Shown: in pieces, positions 1-11,819 of the stretch
Layout of the letters: each line of letters starts with the position of its first letter
Position numbering within the stretch: position 1 is the first letter of the stretch
Origin: Haliotis rufescens
Taxonomy: Eukaryota
Direction: 5' to 3'
Assembly (NCBI RefSeq): GCF_023055435.1
Contig: NW_025964372.1
Span: forward strand, 46,438,001-46,502,000
Length of the DNA stretch: 64,000 nt
Translations under genes and position numbers: made by a program
The notes under the pieces: generated by a model
What the model was told of the DNA's origin: nothing
The model's database searches: none
Seen by the model: only the letters and a program-made list of their open reading frames with translations

Positions 1-19
1 GGTGAGTGAGAGGTCTGGA

Positions 20-150
20 ACAACAGTCGGACATGGCAGTACAGCAATGCTATGCTGCCTCAAAAAGTCACGAGCAACATGGGGATGGGCATTATCCTGC
101 TGCAGTGTGACATTTGCACGAAGGGTAGAAGGTACGCCATTCAAACTGCC
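20..150 (-). mobile_element. Tc1 transposase fragment
   Basis: Minus strand reads LQQDNAHPHVARDFLRQHSIAVLPCP; the paralogue at ~25370-25600 continues VWDEIKRR. Confidence 0.7.
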
Positions 151-929
151 AGTTTGTTATTCCATGAGTTGTTATGCATTGATTTTCTGCAAAGCCATGG
201 ATTTTGTATAAGCATTGTTTACGGTTAAACAAAGGTGTTTCATAAGAAATCTCTGCTAAACGCAGGGGCCATTGTTCAGTTCTGACGCGTACATAAGCAT
301 TAGCTTATGAATCACTATCAAATAGTGATGATACCAGTATTCGCGAAAAGGTGAGCGTATCCTGCTCCCCCCTCCCCCCCCCCCCCCCCCCCGTGGCACA
401 GCTAGTTACAAATGCATGCAAAGGGAAGTCATTTGTTCACCTGAAAAACATGACTATCATAAAGCGTTTTGAAAGGCCTAGAATGGTGTCACCTTGATCC
501 ATAATCAATAAGTGGAAGTGAATTGGCTGTCTGACCGTTTTTGAAAGATTTCAGATCATAATTCCATGTTGGATTTAAGAGAGAGAATGAAATGGCTTCT
601 CAACGTGAGCGTGCGCAAGATGCTTAGAATGTTGTTCATGTTGCCAATCACTGGTTTGACTGGACCAGACTAGATTATTTACTGGCCGCCGTATTATAAC
701 TGGAATCATGCTGGTTGCGTGGTGAACAACAGTCCCTAATTCATCAAGGTAATTCAATTTAGACATGTCTTACATATCCTTAATGTAACTTTCCAAAAAG
801 AGGAACACAACATATTGACTATAAGCCAGCCCACGTGTCAAATAATTACATTGCAGTTAACAATAGAGTCTCACACACATGACTGAAGGATCCCACATTT
901 GAAAATCAAATTACACATTCGAAAAATCA

Positions 930-1175
930 GGTATTGATATCCGGCCGAATTCCTTCCTATGCACAAAACACCAGTAGGGACATCAGTGCCAGAGGCAGAA
1001 ACAACCCGAACAAAACGTGATGTGGGCGGCGGACGTCTTGGGCAGATTTCACATGCAGACTTTCAGCGTTGTTCGTCTTTACATTGTTGTTCGCTGGCTG
1101 TACACCCGTCTTGTTCTGAAATAGGAAACCGTTATTGCGGACATTGAGTGTGGCCGTGGTGGTGATGATAACACA
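930..1175 (-). pseudogene. Relic tandem duplicate of TM3-end/loop/TM4 directly behind gene A1
   Basis: Translates to IITTTATLNVRNNGFLFQ...VRRPHHVLFGLFLPLALMSLLVFCA*, homologous to the gene's own C-terminus; related relics at ~26655-26885, 12620-12690, 36880-36955, 46948-47023 and 58690-58905. Confidence 0.85.
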
Positions 1176-1203
1176 GTGGGGGATCGGACGTCGAAGTTCC
1201 TTC

Positions 1204-2331
1204 TTATACACAAAACACCAATACGGACATCAGTGCCAGAAGCAGGAAGACCCCGAAAAAAACGTGGTCTGCGCGGCGGACCTTTGACGCAGACTTCACA
1301 TACGGACGTTCAGTGATTTTCGTGTTTACTTTGTCATGTTCCGTCTGTACATCCGTCTTGGGTTGACATAAGACGCCGTTATTGCGGACGTTGAGTGTGG
1401 CCATAGTGGTGATGATAGCCAGGCAGCTCTGACAGAGGATGAGGGTCAGGTACACAGACAGTCGACAAACGTCTCCAGACTTGGGGATCGAGTCATTGAC
1501 GAAGTTCATGAACACTGCATAGGACACAAATATTGAGATGAGGTAGGACATCTTCTCTCCGGAGTCAGCTGGTAAGAGGAACACACAGGCGTTGAGCAGA
1601 GAGAGAAGAGCCATAGGAAAGATGATACTAACTATATAGAACATGCTCTTGCGTTTCAAAAAGAACTCAAACGATACCAGACTTGATATCTGTTTCATTT
1701 GGACGTCTACGTACTTGGCAAGTATGTCAACCAACTCCCATTCACTGTTCTCAATAAAGAAAGAAGGTAATCCCGTAATAATAGAACCGGTTCTGTCAAC
1801 TCCAAGATCGAAAGTATTTACAGGCGTGAACAGGATGCTACATCGCTGCTGATCAAACGGGTACCGAGTGATGTCTATTTGACAACTGGTCTTTAAACTC
1901 TCAAGGAATTGAAGTGATGCAATTCCATTACTGGATATCTTTGGAGATTGTTTTGAAGTCAAGGTAGCGCTGTCGATACCGTTAGGGATGGCAATGGTCG
2001 GTATCCATACAAAGTTCTCAGAGACGGTCACTTCCGTAATATTATCATAATCAGTTTTGTTCCAAGCCAGATTTTGGTCGAGCCACGTCATACGGAAACC
2101 AGCACTGAAAGTGAATATCTGCTCGGCAGCATTGAGATTGGAGATGGACATCAGCAACATACTTATGTTGACCTGTTTGTCATCGGAGAGATCAACACTG
2201 ATGCCATAAGCATCAGTTTCCCCTTGGAGATATGCCTTCAGTCTTCCTAATGTCGACTCAGTGCTATCACAGGTACTGGCGATTAATAATATGACGACTA
2301 AGTTAAGGATTTTAGCCGGCATGTAAAACAT
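1204..2331 (-). CDS. Intronless Cys-loop ligand-gated ion channel subunit (divergent nAChR-like, non-alpha), type A copy 1, 375 aa
   Basis: Hydrophobic signal peptide; WLDQNLAWNKTDYDNI; VWIP; Cys-loop CQIDITRYPFDQQRC (C-x13-C); ENSEWEL; TM1 FYIVSIIFPMALLSLLNACVFLLP; ADSGEK then TM2; TM3; short loop; C-terminal TM4; single uninterrupted ORF. Confidence 0.95.
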   Translation of the reverse strand: MFYMPAKILNLVVILLIASTCDSTESTLGRLKAYLQGETDAYGISVDLSDDKQVNISMLLMSISNLNAAEQIFTFSAGFRMTWLDQNLAWNKTDYDNITEVTVSENFVWIPTIAIPNGIDSATLTSKQSPKISSNGIASLQFLESLKTSCQIDITRYPFDQQRCSILFTPVNTFDLGVDRTGSIITGLPSFFIENSEWELVDILAKYVDVQMKQISSLVSFEFFLKRKSMFYIVSIIFPMALLSLLNACVFLLPADSGEKMSYLISIFVSYAVFMNFVNDSIPKSGDVCRLSVYLTLILCQSCLAIITTMATLNVRNNGVLCQPKTDVQTEHDKVNTKITERPYVKSASKVRRADHVFFGVFLLLALMSVLVFCV

Positions 2332-2510
2332 GATTTCAGTGTTCAGTGGTGATGTTCCAAATGACAGATATTGTGAGGCAGGTGTTTATCCATTGATAAG
2401 TTTGCTTAAATTATCACAATGAACCTTTGAACTGGAATACGAGTCAACACGATTAAGCAATCAATAATGGAAGGCGCCTTGCGCACACCCATTAGTGAAA
2501 ATGTAAGTGC

Positions 2511-2516
2511 TTTATA
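2511..2516 (-). promoter_or_regulatory. Candidate TATA box upstream of type A genes
   Basis: TATAAA on the minus strand ~180 bp upstream of the ATG, kept in all A-type upstream regions; the B-type homologous site reads TATGAA. Confidence 0.3.
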
Positions 2517-4432
2517 AACAGATTAATATTAATGATTCTATAGTAAAACTTGTCCCCACCTTCATTGGACAAAGCTGCAGTTACGCACAAATAATGGAGG
2601 TGTTAATGACAACAGATTGCCGTGGAAAAAATCTTTTATTAAATGCTCAGTAATCAGTGTTTCCAAAGCACCAATAATATACTTTTTAGTGACAAGTACT
2701 GTATGTTTCTTTGCTTTGTGCAATATGAGTAGACCGGAAACATTTAAATGCGTCATGTCCCTGAAATGTATGTGCAACGTAAATACGCATTAATGTATTG
2801 CCAACGAATTGATTAATGCCATTGCCTGAGAATATATGTGGCATGCACTTCAATTTGTGCAAAGGAATTACACAGACAACGCTTTTAAATGAACCTGGTG
2901 CGACACGGACGTTACTACACTTACATACGATTAAATTTGAAATTAAAGCTGGGGTTAATACAGAGTGAGTGAGTAAGTTAACATTTAACGTAACATCGGC
3001 TATATTTCAGCCATGTTATGACGAGAAGTTATTTATTAAGTATACATATATTAAGACTAAATAAAAAACCTGTCATCGATGGACAGTAAATAACTAGAAT
3101 ATCACAGATTTATACTTAAGACTAGCTTACAACCATAAAAAGATATCACTATATTCCACAATACAATATGAAAAAGGGCTGTAGATCGCCAGCAACTGAA
3201 GGTAGATCACCATACCAGGGAATACCAGGTATCATAACTATTTGATAGTGATTCATTAAGAAACGCTCAAGATATAGTCGGAATTTTTCAATCGAATCTG
3301 CTTTATGCAGAGATTTCTATTGGATATTGAAAGCGTTTTGTCGCTTTATTTACAGTACCTTTGCTACCTGCATGGATCACAGCAAGATTTACATCATGCC
3401 TTCAGCGGCTGGCGTTTGTACGTAATGTTACACACAATTGAAATTACAAATATTCTACGCTTATAGGAATAGTAAGCAAAATATTCTTATGACACGAACA
3501 AACGTTATCCCCTCAGGGGAACAATAATTTGACACTACTTCAACTCCCTTTGAGGAAATACCCACTTACAAACTCAGATAGAAATTCATCATACCAATTT
3601 TAAAGGTCTTTTATTTCATACAAAACATATGATCAAAAAAAAAATATCCTTTATGGATGAAACCTTTAAATAGTTATCACTTGTGATGGAAAAATCCAAC
3701 ACAGTTAAGCAGGACATGCTTGATAGGGTGGTTCTCTCATCTTGGGTTAATAATCAGTGTGGTTTTATAATCACAAGAGGTGTTAGAGATTTGTTGAGTG
3801 CTGCTTTTGCATAGTTCGTTGAGGAAGAATTTTTAGCCACAGTTTAACCAAGTATTTTCGCAATATCAGATTTATCCGTTAGTTGTACATCCTCATTCTT
3901 GAAATGGTGGATGCTGGAATTAGAACTCTTACCTTGTATTTTTCTGAATCATGTTCAGTACATTAGACATGGTATGTTTATTTTAGACATGAGTTTGCCA
4001 AGACGTTGGCGTTTATTTAGAATATAGGTAGAAATAAAAAAAATGACGGTATTAAAATTATGGATCATGGGGATGGCAACGGAAATCGTTTTCAGCCATT
4101 TTCCGTGCCTTCCTTGCTTGTTTGTTTGAAGTCATTGTGGTTTACGGATGTGTGGAATTGCAGAGGACTTTGGAATACATTCATCAGCAATTTTGCAAAG
4201 TTCATCAGAGAGTATTCGGACATGATCAGGATCGTAACGGTTGATAAACAAATCAGGTGTTTGAGGACAGTATTCCAAACAAAGGCCACTTTGTCTTCAT
4301 AAAGTTCCATCGTGATCATAGAGGAACACCAGATGGGGTCAACGTTTTTAGAAAGGATGGAAAGTGGTCACTCGAAAAGAGGTCATCGTGGACTCATCAC
4401 TCAAATTCATTCAACAGATTACAGTCTGTAAT

Positions 4433-5137
4433 GGTTGGTTGGTTTGCTGTTTAACGCCACACTCAGCAATATTCCAGCTATATGACGGCGGTCTGTAATA
4501 ATCGAGTCTAGACTAGACAATCCAGTGATTAATATCATGAGTGAGAGAGTTGGGTTTAAGTCTGCTTTTAACATTATTCCAGTTATATCACGGTGTGTCA
4601 GCATAATTTGGGAGGAAAGCCCAACGTGATGCAGGTCTCGGACGTTTACCACTTCGTTGAAAGCCACGAGCACTGGTATGGTGCTGACAAACCTAGAAAC
4701 ATAATCGGGGCGAACCGGGATTCCAACAATCATAGGTTTCTGGCGTGGCCAAGGGACGCACCTCTGCGCAGCGAACCGCGACGCATTAGACGACTGGGCT
4801 ACTCGTGCCCCGAGTAATATCATGAGCATTGACCCACGCACTTTGGTGAGGTGAGGTGAAATGGGGTTTAACGTCGCGTCCAAGATTATTGCACTTATAT
4901 AGCGACATTCATGTGCGTGTGTGTGTGTTTGTGTGGCTGCTTGTACTAGTCCCGACTGATGCCGATTTATAGTGCTAGCTCACTGAGATACCATGCCACA
5001 GTTTAACATGAATACCCCACTCAGACACAGGATCTTGACTCCAAGCCGACCAGTCCTTGTTTTCGCCCCTTAATGCCGAGCGCCAGACAGGGTACCAACA
5101 AGTACTATCTTTTCACGTCTTTTAGAACCAAGTCATA
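4433..5137 (-). mobile_element. Nested SINE cluster (family 3 host containing family 2 at ~4540-4813 and family 4 at ~4844-5125)
   Basis: Paralogous to the better-preserved nest at 50345-51153. Confidence 0.8.
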
Positions 5138-5669
5138 GAGTCCGTAATGGTCAAATCAAGAAAAGAGTATGTACCTGTACCAGGATGTAACTATGTTTTA
5201 GAGTTATCGTTCAAAGGGAAAAAGCATTGTTGGAAATATACGTTTCTGGACTCGTCCCCTTACTGCTGGTATGATCACTACCCCATAGTGGATTATGTCC
5301 ATTCTAATCCCCCATTATGATACAGACCTTAGGAAGCTGGTCATATAGTGCTTGAAGATCATTTGGCTGAATATACGAAGATGGAGGAGTACAATGTATA
5401 TAGAGAACACAAAGTAAAGACAATAATGTGTAATGTTATTCAGAAAGCAACGGCTTTGAGAGGAGTATCGAAAGGAACAGGACTGTAAATGACACCTTGC
5501 TCACCAACACTGAAGAACCCCCAGTGGCCTTAACCACTGGAGGTGAAAAGAAATGATTGAAATTAAACTGCCTGATGTCGATTTGATCGGTATTTTTCAA
5601 GTCGGTTTTTTGAAGACATACAGCTGATGGTTTAAAATCTTGTTGGAGTTGGAGATCATTTTAATTTTG

Positions 5670-5923
5670 TCTAAGGCGCCGCGATTCGCTGTGCAGAGTT
5701 GCGTGATTGCCAGAAACCTATGATTGTGGGTTCGAATCCCGGTTCGCCCCGATTATGTTTCTAGGTTTGTCAGCACCATGCCCGTGCTCGTGGGTTTCAC
5801 TGAAGTGGTAAACGACTTAGACCTGCATCACTTCGGGCTTTCCTCCCACATTAAACTGACATGTCGCGATATAACTGGAATAGTGTTAAAAGCGGGGTTA
5901 AACCCAACTCACTCACTCACTCA
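5670..5923 (+). mobile_element. tRNA-derived SINE family 2 (5' end deleted)
   Basis: B-box GGTTCGAATCC and (ACTC)n tail; complete paralogue at 51699-51975. Confidence 0.85.
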
Positions 5924-6463
5924 CCCATTGTATGATTTGACTTGAGAAACTCATGGCTGCTCAACTCGGGATATAGAGCAGGAGGTACGCCCACTCCCAA
6001 GGACCTGTTGTGTGGGAGTGACGTCCATCTCCAGGGGCTCAAACGGATTTATGAACCTCAACAGATGTTCAACAGGAGAAGGCACCGCCAAGTGTTGGAG
6101 TGTCCTGGCTTTTCTCCTCATCTGCTTTTTAGCCTTTTTTGATAAATGGGCTTCAGCCTGAAATATTTCTATTTCGGTTACAGGGTTTGGTTCTGGTTCT
6201 AAGTGGTGATAATTGATCAGACGATATTGATTGAAAGTTTTGTTTGGGTGGCAGATGTCGGTATCATTGGAGAGTTTTGAGAAGCCTGAATGGTGTCATT
6301 GATGGTAATTTGGTCATTCTTCAACCAAGAGATAGAAGAGAGATGGTATTGTATGGAGACCATAGTTACTTTGGTAACTGAAACTGGTGAAGAAGAGACG
6401 ACAGCTGAATAGCTTTTAGAAGGTGTTAGGGAGGAAATGAGTAACTGTTTTGCCACGGTGTAA

Positions 6464-6626
6464 GAGTGAGTGAGTATGGTTTTACGCCGCTTTTAGCAAT
6501 ATTCCAGCAATATCACGACGGGGGCCACCAGAAATGGGCTTCACACATTGTACCCATGTCGGGAATCGAACCCGGGTCCTCGGCGTGACGAGCGAACGCT
6601 TTGTCCACTAGGCTACCCGGCCGCCC
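6464..6626 (-). mobile_element. tRNA-derived SINE family 1 (~160 bp)
   Basis: A-box TAGCCTAGTGG, B-box GGTTCGATTCC, tail GCTGGAATATTGCTAAAAGCGGCGTAAAAC(ACTC)n; paralogues at 30476-30640 and 40544-40708. Confidence 0.9.
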
Positions 6627-6696
6627 TCTTCTGGCAGATAACTTCATCAAGGTTATTATATAATATTTTGATAAAAAAATAGTTTGATATGATATG

Positions 6697-6950
6697 CACA
6701 GGGCATGGAGTGACCAGCCGATTGATAGAATCGGGCCAATTCAACTACACATCGAGGTATAGTAAGGATCAAAGTAGTGTGTGGGGCAAAGGGGACAGCT
6801 GTTCCTGGCTCCAGTGCCCTTAACAACTAGAATCACGTTCTCCATCGACACAGGGGCGCAACCCACGGCAAACAGGTTGCCAAATTCGGTCGCCTCTTAC
6901 GACCAGCAATGGGGTGCTGAGAACACATTCTACCCCGGGGCCTCACGTGG
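6697..6950 (-). mobile_element. LINE 5'-UTR fragment
   Basis: Homologous to the 5' end of the LINE at 16610-16865 (CCCCGGGGTAGAATGTG...GTCGTAAGAGGCGAC); paralogues ~30735-30990, 40803-41058, 54712-54968. Confidence 0.65.
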
Positions 6951-7199
6951 GCTTTTTTTGCAGATATTCGTGCTGAGAAACATACATTCGATTTCACAAC
7001 TTTTCAGATGAACATGACATGAATACGAACATTAAACGTTCGGTAGTACAATGGGATGAAGTAGGTGAAGGTGTAACTACATGCCAGGTGCCTTGCAAAT
7101 CAGAATGAGGAATACTCACAGAAGACAAATATCAGATATTTAATCAGTCGGAAACTCAAGAGAATCTCTTTGATATAGCTTCGGAAATATTTAAGAACA

Positions 7200-8318
7200 C
7201 GCTGATCCGCTCTAAACTTGATTGTGGCTCCATTATCTATATTGTAAAACCAATTTAAAATCACTTAATACAATTCACCATCAAGGCCTGAGGCTTTGTA
7301 CTGGAGCCTTCAGATCTTCGCCAATTAATAGTTTGTATGTGGGAGCGGATGAACCATCCGTTAAACACCGTCGCATTAAAGAATCTTTGCAGTGTATCTA
7401 TACATTACGTCCTACTTGCTCGAATCCAGCATGTCACTGTGTTTTTCATCTGCGGCTAAAATAAATCTTGACAATATAGCCCCTACTCTTTTGTCTTCTT
7501 CACCATGGCATTTAGTAAAACCAGAGGTGGATCTAACATTAACTGAACTAAGGCATTTTGAAACAAATCAACTAATTTATCAACGAGAATATAATCAATA
7601 AAAAAGCTTTTACAATACCTACAAATACTTTCAGATGAATCAAAGGATGTTGACGCAGTTGCCAGCGCAACTGTCATTGGATCACGGGCTATATCATACC
7701 GGATAACAAAGGCCATATTCACAGGACTAAAATACATAAGAAAATAATCAAAGCATAAACAATTTACATATATTTTCCGACTCTCTTTCCTGTCTTCATG
7801 CAATTAAAAATCAGTCTTCCAAACATCGACTTTTAATCGAAATTCTTGAATGAAATAATTAATGTGCCACTGGCCAATACGGCATCGTTTATTTTCCCAT
7901 CACAAGGGATACGTATTTAAAATCTTCATCTATTAAGGGTCTTTATAATAGTATTAGTTCTCATTTGTTTATTGGGTTTTTAATGTATGTAAGAACACAT
8001 AATTCAAAGTACATTTATTCATACCTCAGTTTTAAACGTATTATATTTGTTTTATAGTCCCCACGGTCCCTAGAATGGTGCGTAACTTTAGTTGCTGGTG
8101 ATCTATAACCCATTTATATATTGTATTGTTGAATTCATTCTTTCAAATGCTCTCAGTTAGTTTTAAAATCAATCGAAACTGTGTTCCTCTAGTTATTATA
8201 CTTCCATCGCTAACAGGTTTCATTCAAGCTGAAAATATCTGTATTTTAAATGGCTACGTTCTCGTTACGACATAGCTAATATACTGCCGACGTGACGGTA
8301 AATTTCGACTCACTCACT
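7200..8318 (+). mobile_element. Decayed I/Nimb LINE 3' part (RT C-terminus, RNase H, 3' tail)
   Basis: LIRSKLD...IHHQGLRLCTGAFRSSPINSLY; RNase H-like DESK and IFSDSLS; ends in (ACTC)n; paralogues ~31250-32277, 41320-42345, 55228-56018. Confidence 0.8.
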
Positions 8319-8730
8319 TCCTCACTCTTTTTATAGAACTTATATTCTGGTAACAAATTGTCCTACGGCTACCTTATCGCAATACCTGTCTTCACCTTTA
8401 GAATAACAAAATATGCATAGCGATATGATTAGGCATTAAAATTGATGCTGTCTTCAACAAAGAGACTGAGTTCATAGGACAGGGGGTAAGTCATTCCTCA
8501 TTTTTAATACTTGTTACGTTTGTTGAAACAAAATGTTTCAACACAATCTGCTGTGAAATATCAGGTCATATCTAATCTTGACATCTGCTAAAATGTTGAC
8601 AATAAAGGAATTCGTCACGTAGCAAATTGTGAAGGTCTCAAATAGATAAAACTTATAAACCAAGCAGATGGCTCTTTTTATACTGCGCCCCTCCTACGTT
8701 TGGATTGCAGCTCAATCGCACCACAATATA

Positions 8731-9806
8731 TACTGAACAACAGTGACATTGAATAAGATTTAATGCAAAGTTATGTTTTTAACCAAGTCTGAAACAATTT
8801 CGGTTTGCAACAGATAAAAGACTCCTGTAAGTGTTCAAATGGTTTCATTTGCCATACTGACTTCAGAAAATGCGTGATTTCATAACAAAAACATGAAATA
8901 GCCGGCCAGGGGATGACGTTCACGTTGTTTTGTTGATGAGAATCCTGAACAAGTCGAGAAATATGAGGCCGGGCGTTGTCATGACACAATGATTGACGTA
9001 GCGTTCACCTCGACGTCGGTACACTCGAATCCGTCCATCGCTGTGGCTGAGGTGAAAACGAGACTCGTCAGTGAATAGAACTTGTCCCCACTGCATTGCC
9101 GTCTAGCGTAGACGCTGTCTGCACCACTGTAGACGTGCTTGACGGTGGTTTCCTGTCGAAATGGGACGTCTGGCAGGTCTTCTGGCGACAATCCCTGCAC
9201 ATCTGCGACGATGAGGTACAATTTGTGAAGATATTCGTCGAAGGCCAGGGATGCTTCTTTCACTCACTGTTGCTGGCTGGAATCGATTCCGTAGGTGTGT
9301 TGTTCGAATCCAGTTGTCTTGTCGATTATTGGTTACGCGTGGCCTCCTACTCCGAGGATGGTCTCTGACTGCATTCGTCTGTTGCCAACGTTGCCATAAA
9401 CACCAAATGGTGTTTCTGTGGACGTTAAATTCTCTTGCAACATCACGTTGACTCGATCCTGCTTCAAGCATACCAATGGCTCACAGACGCTCATTTTCGG
9501 ACAGGCGTGGCGTTTCGTAATGTTGAATAATTGCGTAATCTGGTTGTTTTTCTGAGTGGTTGTTGTCAGCACGATGCTTAATAATGCATATGGAATCCCG
9601 TTAACGCACATCTATTTATACTCATTCTTGGGTAGTGAAATGCATGGGGCTTGCATAAAAGTCAACTTTTGCATGGAATGCATGCTTTTCTGTAGCAGTT
9701 GCGTTTTTGTGACTTGATTCCATACATGTACAACAATATTGAAAACCAAACTTGTTTGAAAAATACACTAAAATATTGGTGTCACAGGAACTTTTGTTGT
9801 TGAGTA
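8731..9806 (-). mobile_element. Tc1 (DD34E) transposon relic with internal deletions
   Basis: HTH (MLEAGSSQRDVAREFNVHRNTI), VLFTDESRF, HDNARPH; termini TACTGAACAACA...TGTTGTTGAGTA flanked by TA. Confidence 0.88.
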
Positions 9807-10089
9807 TATAATATAGTGCAAAGGTGACACCTTAGAAAACATTAGGATGGGAAGGAATAGCATTGAAACTAAAAAAGCACACGGGATAACTCTACCGGCA
9901 GTGAAACTTAATTTCTTTGAAATGGTGATCATTTGTGATTTTAATAGGCTACAATTAATCTATCCCACATTGAATTACAAATAAAAGCAACAATACTCAT
10001 TCCATATCTGTAAGAAATCTCGACAAAAAGCAGAGTCGATTCTGACAAAATCCCGATCACATGTTAATAAATCACAATCAAATAGTTAA

Positions 10090-11819
10090 AGGGGCACTGA
10101 TCTAAAACAATTCCCCGGGACTGGTTGTTGCCTTTGTTATTGTTCTTTCCCGTGAGTACCCGGATGATATAGCAGAGACCTAGACTAGTTCGCAACCTGT
10201 GCTGCGCAATTTGTAGGCGCATTTGTCACTTTTATTGATAGTATAAGGGTGTATGGTCACATTGATCAACAAAATGAAATACAGTTTTGGAAACAATAAG
10301 GAAATGTAGGTATCGTTGTGGGTAGCATCGGTAACGGTGACGAAGTTTGATAAGTCACTTGCTTGGTAATTGTGCGATTTTCGTTTACACTATTTTGACT
10401 TGCTACACAAAGTAAATATTTCTCCTTAGCATTGCTTATTTTATCGTGTTTATATTTTTACAGTCAAAATGTGCAAAATTTTACACTTAGGAAATGTGTT
10501 TAACGCCTGAATATTCAGTTATTTTACAAACTGACTGAAAAATATGTCCATCTGTATTATTATGACAACGAATTCCAAACATTTTTATGTTTAATATCAT
10601 CACCAAGAGACTGAAAATGTTACGATGAAAAGTACATTTCTATATTGTTTGGCTTCTAATCCTACATAATAATCTATTGTGATGTTTTTAGGCCCTATTG
10701 ATCGTCTTAATCAATTTTGGTCAATCTGTTAAAGAAATGGACAGATTTTTCAGTTAAAATCACTGAAATATTCACACATTTTATAAACTGCCTGAGAAAA
10801 TCACATTTTACAACTTGACTATAATATATTTCAGGTGTTTTACATAGGTGTCAAGTCTCATAGGTCGGCTGAGAAAGCCCACGTGACAACTATTTTCATA
10901 ACGTCCACGGTTCCTAAAGAAAAATCCATTGAGTTAGATATCAATGAGCAATTAATCAACGTATTGTCGGTTAACCCTTTGAACAAAGTATGTTGTTTTC
11001 ACATCAGCACTTCACGCAAGGATATGAGGATATTCCCTTTGTTTTAGTAAACCTAGACATGTAAATACTCACTTTTGACACTATCCACTGTGCAAGATAA
11101 CAGCGATTAATCAATCAATCTATTTTCTGTTAATCCTTTGAGGACTACGAACGATCCGCTGATTTACAAAAAAAGTAAATCAACTGATCATTCATCTCTT
11201 GCTGGGGTGCCACGTGCATATTTACATAACACACATTTCACCTCACTTCAAACCTGGATTTAGATTGAATAATTACCCCAGACACTATAAATGCCAAATG
11301 GGAAGCTTCCTCGGGTATTCGGAGTGGTGCTACCACCAATTATACCTGTAATGAATTCATTAACTGAGCATCACGTGAATGACGACAAATACGCAAGTGT
11401 AGGGGTATACCAGAAAACGTGGATGACAACAAGGGAGTAGTAATGGTATTATCGACGCAATCCGAAATCCGAAAATGCTTTCACTGCATTGATACTTTTT
11501 TTAAACGATAACAATCAGGGTATTTCCAAATGACGACAACCGATGATCTCCGCCGTTCTTTTTGTCTGTTTGTTTAGGCTGCAGAAATTAATTAACATGC
11601 GCCCTTTGTCGAAATCTTTATAGATCACGGTTAACCAATCAGTGTTCAAAAATGGGTAAAACAAATATTGCCTCCAAGTTTATTTAGCTGTCCTTGCAGA
11701 CGGTAGCCCAGTCTCTTGTCACGTTCAGTTGCGTTGCGTATCATCCGGGTGCTTACGGGGAAAAAACAATAACAAAGGCAACAACCAGTCCCGGGGTATT
11801 GCTTTAGATCTGTGCCCCT
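10090..11819. mobile_element. Non-autonomous TIR DNA transposon, Kolobok-like
   Basis: ~80-bp TIRs AGGGGCACTGATCTAAA...; flanked by TTAA on both sides; AG..CT termini; no coding capacity seen; absent at the paralogous site 57947. Confidence 0.85.

Larger units (their letters stand above)
2962..6450 (-). mobile_element. Decayed I/Nimb-clade LINE fragments (3' tail, endonuclease and ORF1-end pieces) interrupted by SINEs
   Basis: 3' tail ...GGCTGAAATATAGCCGATGTTACGTTAAA...(ACTC)n at ~2962-3025; endonuclease motifs GTYSFLDL, NGHNPLWG, DHFP; paralogues ~28673-30470, 38741-40540, 48809-53820. Confidence 0.7.

Noticed and set aside
1643-1852. Plus-strand ORFs overlapping the receptor genes (also 13135, 13549, 27365, 59790)
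   Set aside because: Antisense shadows of the real CDS; they recur only because the genes are duplicated.
1204-2331. Assigning a canonical nAChR gene symbol (alpha or beta subunit) or calling an anion channel
   Set aside because: No vicinal Cys-Cys, no aromatic cage and no recognisable orthology; GEK rather than PAR argues against an anion channel.
6464-6626. tRNA genes at A/B-box sequences
   Set aside because: The heads run into SINE bodies with tails and TSDs and are multi-copy and diverged.
9103-9471. Domesticated or active Tc1 transposase (ORF recurs in several spacers)
   Set aside because: All copies are frameshifted and share internal deletions; recurrence reflects segmental duplication of one insertion.
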